A DNA stretch of 64,000 bases. It comes from Raillietiella orientalis. Taxonomy: Eukaryota. The stretch lies in contig JAYWIR010000108.1 in NCBI GenBank assembly GCA_036172245.1, forward strand, positions 1-64,000. The letters run 5' to 3'. Positions 24,348-36,600 of this stretch are shown here, piece by piece (position 1 is the first letter of the stretch; the number at the start of each line of letters is the position of its first letter). The notes under the pieces are model-generated. The model was not told the origin of the DNA. It did no database searches and saw only the letters and a list, made by a program, of their open reading frames with translations. A program made the position numbers and the translations under genes.

Positions 24348-26221
24348 ATGGCAGCGTTGCCAGAGGACACCGCGATGGAAGTAGGCGTGATGGAGGCTTG
24401 TTCGTCCCCACAGCCTACTGGATCAGGGGCATCCGCCCCGGAATCGTCCCCGCCGACGCCGAGGTCCTGGAGCGCCATGGTGTCCGCGCCTAGCGTGGAA
24501 GCCATGGCCGAGATGGAAGCCTACAAGAAAGCAGGGTATAAACCCTCGCTAGTCTACAAGGTAGCCAACCTTTTCGATGGGCGAACTGCACGCGCCTTTA
24601 CGAAGGCGCTGCAGGACGCCAATATTTTTGAAAAAGATCTCGACGGCCTCTGCGTCCTCAGCGGCGGGCAGCGGGTCGAGGTGGTATGCAAGGATATCAC
24701 CTTGGCCCGACACCTGATCACCGACCCGCTGATCGTTGATGGTCGGAAGATCTTGCCGATAACGATGGACCGCTCGGTGGTGGTCCATCTCACTGGGATC
24801 TCAAGTCGCATGACGAGGTCAGCGGTTCGAGAACAGCTTCAAAAACACGGAGAAGTGCACGCGTTGTGGCCGAAGTGCACGATTTTTCAAGGCTACAATA
24901 GCCTTTTCAAGGTCAAGCTGCGGCGCGTATCACGGTAAAAGAGGGTGGTGCGCTTCCCCATAAGCTGGAGGTCTGCCAAGAAGCGGTGGACCTCTGGTAC
25001 GTGGGAAAACGCCAATTTTGTGGCTACTGCAATGCAGTAGGGCATCTACGAAAAAGGTGCCCGAACATTGTGTGCCACCTATGCGGCGAAAAGGGTCACG
25101 TTCGGCGCGTGTGCCCCAAGCGCCCCACCCCGGTGCCCCCTGCCGCCAAAAAGGCGCTGGGAAAACGTGGAAAGCTGGTAGAAAGACCAGCTCGCGAAAA
25201 TGGTCGTTCCCAACTGCCAGCCTCCCTTCCTCCCGTACAGACGTCGGAGGAAATAGCTATCGTGGACGCGGGAATGGAGGAGGGTTGGCAGCTGGTTCAG
25301 GCCAGAAAAGAGAAAAAAAAGAAAGTAATGATAGAAGAAAATTCGGAGAAGAAAACTGCCGGCAACAAGAAAAAAGCCGCGCCGCATTCAAAAAAAGAAC
25401 TCCGCGAATGCTCGGTGGCACTGGAACGCTTAGCCGTTCCTGCCGATTCCGCCCGCGGCAATGTTCGCGGAACAGCTGATGCGGACGCGATGAATACTCG
25501 CGTGGACGAGCCCAATCTACGTGTAGAGGGTGAGACGCGAGACTCGCGCGCCGACAGCCAGGATGCCGCGCTCGATAAAGTCGCGGAGGAGCCCGCGGGA
25601 ACGTTCGCCGTCAACGATGACGCCGCGCTCGATAAGGTCGCGGAGCAGCCCGCGGCAACGGGAGCCGCTGGCGAAGACGCGGCCTTCGAGAAAGCGGCGG
25701 AGGAGCTCGCAGCAACGCTCGCCGAGCGCGAAACCCCGTCGCGCAAGGGCGTACGCAGGTCGGCTCCGACGAAGAAGGCCCCCGCAGGTGAGTGCGACCT
25801 GGGGGCCGGAAGCGGATCCTCCTCCTCGGAGGCACCCCCCAGGAAGTCGGGACGCAAGTCCCAGAAACCCAGGAGGCGCCTCCCCTCCACCTGCGAGGAG
25901 GAGAAACCGGAAGTAAGCGGCAGCGTGGGAATCCCGGAGGGGGAATACCCACGCCCGGAAGCCGTCGAGTCGGCCACCCCCATAGAGGAGGGAGAGCAGG
26001 GGGGTGAAGTCCTCCCTGCAGTCGCGAAACCTGAGCAGCCCGAACCCATGGAGGAAGGCGAACAGGTAGGCGCGACTCCACGTGCAAGTGATCCGGCCGA
26101 CGCGCCGGCACCGATGGAGGAGGAGGAAAAGGTGCCTTAAGTACCTGTCCCTCCTCCTCCTCCACCTAGCGTCCTGTCCCAGCAGGTGGCGGACGCCGCA
26201 TCGCCGTTTTCCCTGGACTAA
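24348..26221 (+). pseudogene. Family A ORF1 (RRM-like region, 2 CCHC knuckles, acidic tail); frameshift near 24910 and a late stop
   Basis: CGYCNAVGHLRKRC and CHLCGEKGHVRRVC. Confidence 0.88.
25561..25720 (+). repeat. 57-bp coding tandem repeat (3 units) in ORF1
   Basis: DAALDKVAEEPAGT / DAALDKVAEQPAAT / DAAFEKAAEELAAT; units start at ~25561, 25618 and 25675. Confidence 0.85.
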
Positions 26222-29200
26222 CACCTGGGCTCGCCAGTCGCCGTCGGATTCGCCCGGCCTGTTGGAACGTCAACGGGGTGCTCGACGACGGCAACAGGCG
26301 AGATACAGCCGACAGCCTGCGTGAGCTCGACCTGGCGCTGCTGCAGGAGAATTACGTGATCGCCGCGGCAGACGCCCAGGAAATCGAGACGATCGCGGGG
26401 GGTCGGCTGTATTGGCGATGCGGCCTCCGCAACACCTGCGGGGTCGCGTTCTTCGTGAAGCCAGTCATCGACGCTGCCGTAAAGGGCGTGCGGTTTGATG
26501 ACGACGGTCGGATCGGTCAGCTGATTCTCAGCTGGTCCGACTCGATCGACCTAATCGTCACAAACGTGTATGGCCCCAGCGGCAAACAGGGTTACCGCGA
26601 CCGCACCAGGCTGCTGGAAACCCTGAAGCGCGACTGGCTGGCGGATACCAATGTGCGAAAGGCTCACCTGATAGCGGGAGATTTCAATCTCCGCCTGCTA
26701 ACAGGTGAGCCGGAAACACAAGTGAACGCGATGAACGAGTTGTACGCCGCCATGCGTGCGCGCAACTTGTTCGGGGGTGAGAAAGGAATGGTCCGCAGCA
26801 TCGACCACGTCTTCCTGGACGCTGACCTGTGTTCACGCGTCGGCAAACGGGGGAGGGTTGTGTCGACGTTGTCGGACCATTCCCGGCTAATTTTCGAGAT
26901 GCGGCCTCGTGACAAAGAACCGCCATCCAGGGATTGGCGTCTGCCGGTGGACTGGACGCGACTCTCAGGTGCGAAGGAACACCTTTGCGAATACCTTAGA
27001 GGCGTCACGCTCCGGAATCTCCAGGACTGGGACCTTTTTAAGGAATCGGTCCGCGAGTTCTGTGAGCAGTTCCCCCTGGATCGCCTGCCCCCCGGATTCG
27101 GCGAGGGTGCTCGCAACCATGGAGCCTATTTACAGGCTCCTAGGTACGAGAGAACCCCTAATGTCCGTCGCCTGGCCGAGTACCGCGCCGGGGCCGAACG
27201 CCAAGCCTGGCAATCCGGGTCGGCCAGCTTGCTGGACAACCAGGGCCGGGAATGATCGTCCGCGACGTCGGTACGGCATCTCGTGCGGAGTTTTTATTCC
27301 TCCCTTTACGCCAGGGAGCCCCCGGAACGAAACGCCTCTCGATGCTTGCTTCCGGATGGCACCCCGGCATTAGGGGAGGAGGAGATGGAAAGGCTCGACA
27401 AGCCTTTTACCACCGGCGAAATTCTCGCCGGTATCAAAAGGCTCAAGAGGCGTAAAGCTCCAGGGGAAGACGGCTTGCCTGCGGAGTTCTTTCAGAGCTT
27501 CGCGGAAGAGCTGGCACCCCTGCTGCTTAAGTTGATCAGGCTGATCCGAGACGAAGGCGATGTTCCCGCCTCGTTTCGGTCAGCCTGAGTGAGGCTCCTT
27601 CCGAAAGGGGGAGACCTCAGGAATTTAATGAACTGGCGTCCGATCACAATCGTGAATACGGACGCCAAGTTGATAGCAGGGCTATGGGCTTCGCGTCTGG
27701 GGCAGGTGGCAGAATCCGTAATTAGCCCGGAGCAGACTTATGCTGTTCCCGGGCGAAGTATGGATGCCAACCTCTTCTTCGCAAGCACATGCGTGCACCT
27801 GCAGAGAAGAGAGAAGAAAGGAATAGGGAAAGTCGGCAACCCCACATTGGGGCCGGTAGCAGGGCTGGGAAGGGACCCCCGGGCAGGGAAGGGGGCCCTA
27901 GCGCTCGCAGTCGATCTCCACAAGGCGTTCGACTGTGTAGACCAGGAACTCCTCTTGGAGCTCCTGGGTCGCATGGGCTTCCCACCCTCCCTGATTTCCT
28001 ACCTGCGCTCTTGCTGGCGGAATGCGATGACTATCGTCTGTTTCAGTGGACAGAACGTGTATGGCGTGCCGGTGCGGCGGGGCATAAGGCAGGGCGGTAG
28101 CCTCAGCCCCCTGCTCTTTAGCACCTACTTTGAGTTGGTGCTGAGAGCGTACAGGGTGACTTTGGCCCCCTTGCCGAGCTCGTACCTCGGCACGCCCACC
28201 GTAGCAGCCTATGCCGAAGACCTTCTGCTCCTGTTACCTATGTCCACCCCGGCGAATGCGGTCGGAGACTTCTTCGATCTGCTCAGCCGCGGGACCGGAC
28301 TGCAGGTTAACAGGGCGAAGTCGTCGGTTGTGCCAATAGGTGCGCCGTGGGCAGGGCAGCAGGACTGGGTCCATCTGGGGATCCCCACGGCGAGGTGCTT
28401 CAAGTACCTTGGTGTGCCGTTGGGGGACTACTCTCCTGCGGAAGCGTGGTCCAGCTGCCTCCAAATAGTCGAGACGGCGATCGGCCCGTTCCTGGAAGGC
28501 AAGTTTCACTTGCCGGAACGGGCCACGGTTTGGAACGCCTTCGCGGCCCTCATCCTCCGCCCCTTGCTTTTTGTTTGCCCTCCCACCGTGGAATCCAAGA
28601 AAAAAACGAAGGACCTCCTCCGTATCGCCCTTTGGGGCAACGGGAGACCCCGAGTCCCACTGAAGGACTTGTGCGCTCCGCGTCGGGACGGCGGTCTTGG
28701 CCTCCTGACGCTGGAGCGCGTGGAGAAGCAGCTGCGGTGGCGAACCCTCGTCATCGCAGCGAAGATGTGGTGCACCCCTTGGTGCACTCCAGCCCGCCTC
28801 CTGGCCAGCCGTGTGTCCCGTTGCGATGGACTCGCGTCTTTTCTTCTGAGCCGTGGCCGGAAGATGCGAAGATGCGGCCTACTGCTCGGGCGCATGGCAA
28901 CATTGGCCAAGGAGAACAGCTGGATGGTTTGCTGCCCCGCCAACTCCTTCGCCTGGCTGGAGGAAAATATTGGAACGTGGGCAGTAGTCAACCAGAGAAG
29001 CCACGAGACGTGGAATCGTCTCCGATGCAGCCCCTACGCCCGCTGCACGCTGCGGAATCTCCTGGAGAGTCCAGCAAGATGCACGTGGGCAGAGACGACC
29101 TGTCTAGCTACGGCGCTGCCCTTCCTGAAGATGGCACTTCACAGCAGCCGGACGCCAAGGTGGCAAGTCTCCTGATGCATCGAGGGACGCGAAAAGTTGA

Positions 29201-29817
29201 TCAGCGGCTGGACAACAGGAGAACTGGCAGACGCCACGACCCCGAGCGTCCATCCGCGAGGACTAAGAAGATGGGGCGAGCTGCTGGCCATCCCTATGGA
29301 TGTGCTGAAGTGGCCCCCGCTTCTTCAGGAATCCAGGATCCTGCCCCTCAAGTGGAAAGAGTCGGCGTTGCTGTTGTTGCATTGGGGTTTACCCTGCAAC
29401 GCACGCCGCTCTCACTGGACAAGAGGAGTTGTGGATCCTGCGTGTGTCAGGTGCGGAGAGCGGGAATCGCTCTCCCACCTTATTGTGGACTGTGCTGCCC
29501 TTCGTCCCCTTTGGGAACGGTTTGGGACGATCCTCGGTCTCCCAGCGGGCAGTTCCCCTAGTGACGTTCTTCGGCCCCTCTCCGTGAAGGACGCCCTGCA
29601 GCCAGCCGCAGCCCTTGCAGCATTGTGCTGCGTCCGAGGCATCGTGACGGCATGGAGCGACACCAACAAGGAAGGAGTGAATCAACACGCGAGGGATGTC
29701 ATCCCATATGCCCAACGCTTCTTGCGGAGAGCTGCTGGATGGCCCTAACTGGGGAATATACGGATGGACCTCGAGGGCTTCCTTCAACGGATGGGCCCTC
29801 CTCTTAGCGAACAGTGA
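26221..29817 (+). pseudogene. Family A ORF2 (APE endonuclease, RT, zinc finger) with nonsense mutations
   Basis: Largely collinear ORF pieces 26278-27255, 27283-27588, 27589-29175 and 29197-29748 carrying all the motifs (YAED in place of YADD). Confidence 0.9.
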
Positions 29818-30025
29818 TCCCTTCCCTGCCCCCCAACCTCATATGTTTGTTTGCTTTTTTGTTTTTATTTTTGTTTTTCCCCATCCCGTTTCGCTGCCGG
29901 GGAGTGCCACGCCGGGCTGCGTCCCGGCGTCCCGGTAGGTCCCGTGCATAAGGCCGTGAGCGGGGCCTGGTACCGCAATTGTAGAGTTTTTATGAATAAA
30001 CGCCCCGGGCGTACCCGGGTGGCAA

Positions 30026-31545
30026 CGCCGAATCCCCGGGGCAGACGTTGCACAGGGAACTGTTCGCAGAACTCCCGGACCGAGTCCTTAAATAGGTGCC
30101 ATTCCGCGAGACTCTGGAGTCTGACGCCTCGCAGGAATTCGCGAAGATGTTCTTTCGCTCCTGACAGGCGCGTCCAGTCCCCTGGCATACGCCAATCCCT
30201 GGATGGCTGTCCCTAGTCGCGCGGGCGCATCTCGAAAACTAACCGGGAATGGTCCGACAGCGTCGATCCAAGTGTCCCTCGTTTTCCGACTCGTGTGCAC
30301 AGGACTTCGTCGAGGCAGACGTGGTCCACGCTGCTGACCATCCCGCTTATTTCTGTCAACAAGTTGCGCGCGCGCATGGCGGCGCACAACCCGTTGATCG
30401 CGTTACCCTATGCTCCGGGCTGATCTGAGAGCAGACGGACGTTGAAATCCCCTGCTATCAGATGCGCCTTTCGCACATCCGCGTGCACCAGCCATTGGCG
30501 CTTCAAGGTTTTCAGTAACGCGTTGCGCTGCTGGTATCCCTGTTTACTGCTAGGAGCGTACACATTGGTGACGATGAGGTCGATCGAATCGGACCATCTG
30601 CGAATCAGTTGACCGATCCGTCCGTCGTCCCCAAAGCGCACGCTTTTCACGGCCGCGTTAATGGCTGGCTTTACGAAGAACGCGACACCACAAGTGTTGC
30701 GGGCGCCGCATCGCCAGTACAACTAACCTACCGCAATCGTTTCGATTTCCTGGGAGTCTTTTGCGGTGATCACGTGGATATCCTGCAAAAGTACCAGGTC
30801 GAAATCTCGCAAGGTGGCGGCTGTATCTCGTCTGTTTTCGTCGTCGCGCAGCCCGTTAACATTCCAACTGGCCGCGCGGATCCGACGGCGACAGGCGAGT
30901 CCAGTTGTTATTCCTGGGAACCAGGCGGTGGGGCTCCCGCCACCTTTTGTAGCGGGTCGCTGGACGGGGTTGGCGTGTTGCCCACCAACTCTTCATCCTT
31001 CTTTCGTGCCGACGTCTCCGGCTGCCCGTGCGAAGGGAGTGTTGTTCGTACTTGTTGGCCCACATCCATTGGTGCGGGTGGTTCAGGTTCAAGGGTTTCA
31101 GAGGGCATTGCTGACCTCTGGTTACCCCGCTCCCTTGGAGTCGCCTCCTCGTCGACTTCCGCACGTGGGTGACGCCCGACTTGGGCTCCCACGCTGCCAA
31201 CCCTCCACCATTGGATCCCCTTCGCGCGGAAACGCAATGCAACTTCGGGGTTCCTGGGATTTTCGCCCCGCTTTCCCTGGTGGTGCTTCCGCAGAGGAGG
31301 ATGCACTTCCGGCCTCCCGGTCCGACTCACCTGCGGGGGTCACTTTAGTCGCTGCCGGCCTATGCAACCCCTTTCGCGAAGGGTTCTCGCGTTCGGCAAG
31401 CGTTGCCGCAAGCTCGTCGGCGGCCTTCTCGGAGGCTGCGTCCTTGGTTTCGGCGATTTTGTCGTCCGGCTTACCCTCTTCGCAAACGGGGGGTGGGATT
31501 TCGCGCGCATTCGTCGCGGCGGGAAAATCGATCGAAGCCGTATCG
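30026..31545 (-). mobile_element. Family A-type fragment (ORF1 tail and endonuclease), cut at RGFG
   Basis: AADELAATLAERE; NVYAP, GDFN, SDH; ...FPVQRLPRGFG. Confidence 0.85.
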
Positions 31546-33668
31546 CCGGAGGCTTCTCCCAATTACTGAAGACCGGTCGGTGATCATTCACCTGATCGGT
31601 ATCACGTTCCGGAAGACGAAGGAAGCCGTCCGGAACGAATTGGAAAAATTGGCAACTGTCCAGGCGCTGTGGGGAAGGCCTACTCCTTTTGTCGATTACG
31701 ACGGGTTGCTTGGGGGCCTGGGTGCAGCGCGAGTGACGGTTCGCAAGGAATGTGAGGTTCCCCACAAACTCACCGTCAACGGTGAATCCGTTGACGTGTG
31801 GTACGTGGGGAAACCCAAGTTTTGCGGCTGCTGCAGCAGCTTTGGTCACCTTAAAATGAGGTGTCCGAGCGTGCAGTACCAGCAATGCAAACAAGCGGGG
31901 CACACCCGTCTGGTGTGTCTCCAAAGCACAGTCCGCGTCGTGTTCGCGAAAAACGCGAGAAAGCGCACGGCTGAAAAGAGGAAAAAGCTGGCAGCTCGTG
32001 CTGCTGCTAAGGAGGTCACTTCTGCCACCAAGGCAAAGGCCAGCCCCGAGACCCCGGTGAAACACGCCGAAAAGGTCGAAGGCGAGGGTCAAGAGCCAGG
32101 ATGGCAGAAAGTCGATCCCAATAAAACTCCCATAAGAAGGGAAAGAACGTGGCGAAACGGAGCGAAACCGCTCTGCGCCGCCAAAAAATAAAAAGCTGCT
32201 GCGTCGTTGTAGTGCGGATTCCCGCCATCGACGAATGCGGCGCTAAAGAACTCGCTGCTGCCCCTGCTCAACCCTCCGTTGACAAAGTCAACAAGGAGGG
32301 GAGCGAAGCGGCGGCGTCCGTCATCGAGCCCACGCTCGATGACGTCGCCTTTGAGCGCGCTGCGGAGGAGCTAGCTGCCTCGTTGCAGCCGGTTGCCCCC
32401 AAGGCTGGCAAGAAGGCCGTCAGGCGTCCGGCTTCCCTTCAGGAGTCGGCCACTTCCGACCCCGAGGTGAAGGCCGGAAACACAGCATCCATCTCCGCGG
32501 CAGCCCGCAAAAAAGCAGGACCAAAGTCCACAATGCCCCGGAAGATCGTCTCCCCCGACGAAGGGGAAGAGATGGCTTCCGGTAGCGAGGGTGCCATGAG
32601 CTTGTGAAACTCCCGGGACCCGTCGCCCGAGTGAATTCCACGCTCGGACACGGAGGGGATCGTGAGGATGGAGGCCGAACAGGTACCCCAGGCGCCTGAA
32701 GAGGCCTCCGTCCTCGTACCGATGGACCTTTCCTACACCTGCCCCGCGGCAGTTGTCGAGAAGCCACTTTCCCAGCCATAATGCCGGGAATCGCCTCTCG
32801 CCGTCGTCTTCTCATCGCCTGTTGGAACGTGAACGGGCTAAGCGACGACGGCAAGAGGCGTGACGTGACCGCCACCCTGGCATCCTTCGACCTGGAGCTG
32901 CTGCAGGAGATCCAAGTGATCGCCGCAGTTCAAGCGCGGGAGATCGAACGGATCTCGGTTGGGCGGCTGTTGTGGCGTTGCGGCACCGCGAAATCAAGCG
33001 GTGTCGCCTTCCTGCTTCGGCCAGTTATCGATACCGCAATAAAGGACGTTCGGTTCGATGACGCAGGTCGCGTCGGTCAGCTGACTCTCAGCTGGTCCTC
33101 CTCTATCGACCTGGTCGTCATCAACCTATACGCTCCTATTGGAAACAACGCGTTGAGGGCGAAGGCAAGAAGGGAATTCTACCTTGCCCTGAGACGCGAT
33201 TGGCTGACCGATGCAGGAGTTCGCAAAGCGCACCTGATCGCAGGTGATTTCAACCTGCGCCTGCTTTCAGTTGCGCCGGATACACTGAACGACCGCGTCA
33301 ACGAGTTGTGCGCAGAAATGAACACGCGCAATTTGTTGGCCGGGGACACGGCCATAGAAAGCAGCATCGATCACGTGTACCTTGATGAGCACCTATGCTG
33401 TCGGGTGGGCAGGCGCGGCAAGGTACCATCCGAGCTGTCGGATCATGGTCGGATCATGTTCGAAGTGCGTACGCGCGACAAGGGCCCCCCCTCCTCAGCG
33501 TGGCGTTTGCCAGGGGACTGGCTGAAGTTTCTGACGCTGCGGAGCCCCTCCGCGCGTTTATTAAGGGCTTCAGGATTCAGACACTTCAGGACTGGGACCG
33601 CTTCAAGCGGTTGGTCCAGGAGTTCTGCCACCAGTTCCCCCTTCATTGTCTACCCGCGGGATTTGGGG
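31546..33668 (+). mobile_element. Family B element, 5' part (partial ORF1 and endonuclease)
   Basis: LLPITEDRS, CCHC knuckles, TAATG at ~32779, endonuclease motifs; ends at LPAGFG. Confidence 0.87.
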
Positions 33669-36600
33669 TTTCCACCCGGGTGCGCCCGGGGCGTTAATTG
33701 TAAAAAACTCTACAAGAAAACGTGGTACAAGGCCCCACTAACGGCCACACAACACCGGACCTGTTGAGACGCCGGGACGCAGCCCAGCGTGACGCTCCTC
33801 GGCATTGGAGGGGGATGGGGATGAAAACAAAATTAAAAATAAAAATAAAGGAAAACAAAAACAGTTTCGAGGAAGGGTAAGGGATCACGTTCCACTTAGA
33901 AAAGGGTCCATCCTTCGCAAGATGCCCTCTAGGTCCATCTTCGTCTTTCCCAGATGGGACCATCTCGCTGCTCTCCGCATGAAGCAGACCGCATACGAGA
34001 TAACATTTCTCACGTTGGCATCCACATCTTTGTCTCGAATGTTGCTCCAAGCCGACACGATGCCCCGGATGCAGCAGAGGGCTGCAAGGGCTGCGGCGGG
34101 CTGCAGGGCGTCCCGCACGAAGAGGGGCCGAAGAACGTCTCTGGGCGCGCTGCCCATTGGGAGCCCGAAGGTCGTCCCGAACCGTTCCCACAGGGGTCGG
34201 AGGGCAGCACAGTCAACTAGTAGGTGGGGGAGCGATTCCCGCTCCCCACACCTGGCACACTTAGGCCTTACACTCCCCCGCGTCCAGTGGAAGCGGCGCG
34301 GGTTGCAGGGTAGACCCCAGTGAACAGCAGCAGCGCCGACTCTTGCCACTTCAGGGGGAGAAGCCTGGATCCTATGAGTATTGGGGGCCACTTCAGGTCA
34401 TCCGTGGGGATGCCGAGCAGCTCGCCCCCTCGAAGAAGTCCACGAGGGAGGGCACTCGGGGTCGTGGCATCCGCCAGTTCTCCCATGGTCCAACCGCTCA
34501 TCTTCTTCTCCTTGCCTGCGATTCGGCAGGAGAATTGCCACTTTGGCTTGCGGCCGCTGGTTAAAGCCCTCCGGAGGAAGGGCAGGGTCGAAGCTAGAGG
34601 GGTGGTCTCCGCCCACGTGCTCCTGGCGGGACACTCAAGAGTAGTCCGCACTGTGCAGCGGGCGTTGGGGCCGAATCGCAGGCGGTTCCAGTACAAGGAA
34701 GTCTGGAGGTTCAGCTTGGCCCACGTCGCAACTGATTCTTCCAGCCAGGCGGAGGAGTTGGCAAGGCTGCATACCGTTCAGTCGTTGTCTCTGACCAGGG
34801 CTTCCATGCGCCCAAGAAGAAGGCCGCATCTTCTCACCTTCCAGCCGGAGCAAAGAAGGTACGACGCGAGCCTTTGCGTCCTGGCCACACGGCTGGCGAG
34901 GATTCAAGCCGGAACGCACCAAGGGGTGCTCCATGACTTTGCTGCGATGGCGAGGGTGCGCCATCGCAGCTGTATTTCCAGGCGCTCCAGCGTCAGGAGG
35001 TTGAGACCGCCGTCCCGACGAGGAGCGCATAAATCATCCAGAGGCACACGTGGCCTCCCGCTGCCCCAGAGGGTGATGCGGAGTAGATCTTTTGTCCTCT
35101 TTTTAATGTCACGAGGGACGGGGCACACAAAAAGCAGGGGGCGGAGGATGAGATCCGCGAAGGCGTTCCACACCGCGGCCCTTTCCGGCAGAAGGAACTT
35201 GCCTTCCAGGAACGGGCCGATTGCCAACTCTACCTTCTGGAGACAACCTGACCAGGCTTCTGCAAGGCAGAAATCCCCCAACATGACACCCAGGTACTTC
35301 AGGTACCTGGCCGTGGGGATCCCCAAGCGGATACAGTCAGGCTGTCCGACCCACGTCGCACTCACCGGTACGACCGACGACTTCGCCTTGTTTACCCGCA
35401 TTCCAGTCCCACGACTTAGCAGGTCGAAGAAATCCTCGACTGCGGCTGCCGGGGCGGACATGGGCAACATGAGCAGAAGATCGTCGGCGTATGCTGCAAC
35501 GGCGGGCGTGCCGGGGCACGAGCTGGGCAGGGCAGTTATAGTCACCCTGTACGCTCTCAGCACCAACTCAAAGTAGGTGCTGAAGAGCAGGAGACTGAGG
35601 GTATCGCCCTGCCGTATGCCCCGCCGCACCGGCACGCCGTACACCTGTTGGCTGGAAAAGACGATTTTTACGATAGCATTGCGCCAGCATGAGCGCAGGT
35701 AAGAGAGAAGGGAGGGTGGGAAGACCATGCGGCCCAGGAGCTCCAACAGTAGCTCCTGGTCTACGCAGTCGAACGCCTTGAGGAGATCGACCACGATCCC
35801 TAGGGCTCCCTTCCCAGCCCGGGTATCCATTCCCAGCCCAGCTGGCGGTCCCAAAGTGGGATTGCCAATCTTTCCCCCTGTGTCGTTCAGGAAGCGCTGC
35901 ACATGGAACCATGTGCTCGCGAAGAACAGGTTGGCATCTATACTTCGCCCGGGAACAGCGTACGTCTGCTCCGCGCTAATTATGGAGTCTGCCACCTGTC
36001 CTAGACGCCAAGCCTACAGTCCAGCGATCAGCTTGGCGTCCGTATCCACGATTGTGATCGGACGCCAATTGCCCAAGGATCTCAGGTCTCCTCCCTTCGG
36101 GAGGAGCCTCACACGGGCTGACCAAAACGAGGCGGAAACGTCGCCTTCGTCTCGGATCAGCCCGCTCAACTGAAGCACCAGGGGGGCCAGCTCTGCCGCG
36201 AAACATTGAAAGAATTCTGCAGGCAGGCCGTCCTCCCCTGGCGCCTCTCGCCTCTTGAGCCTTTTAATACCGGAGAGAATTTCACCGGTAGAAAAAGGCT
36301 CGTCAAAGCTGATCTTCTCCTCCTCCCCTATTGCCGGGGCTCCATCCGGGAGCAGGAGCCGCGAGGCGTTCCTCTCTGGGGGTGCCCTAGCGTAGAGGGA
36401 GAAGTAATAACGTTGCACGAGGTGCCTGATCGCGGGAGGGGCGGATCGCTCCCGGCCCTGGTCGTCCAGCAAGCTGGCCGAACCGAATTGCCAGGCTTCG
36501 CGTTCGGCCCCGGCTCGATATTCCGCGAGGCGACGGACATTCGGGGTCCTCTCGTACCGGCGAACCGATTGATAAGCTTGATAATTCCGAGCCACCTTCC

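Larger units (their letters stand above)
24249..30025 (+). mobile_element. Full-length family A element inserted antisense at the ORF2 'RGFG' site
   Basis: Identical 13 bp flanks CGCCGAATCCCCG (24236-24248, 30026-30038); GGACGTG at 24260; AATAAA 29995-30000 followed by CCCGGG-CGTA-CCCGGG. Confidence 0.92.

Noticed and set aside
34320..35576. Long antisense or alternate-frame ORFs (e.g. 418 aa here, 28347-29561, 60616-61422)
   Set aside because: These are shadows of GC-rich ORF2 sequence, with no motifs and no conservation between copies.
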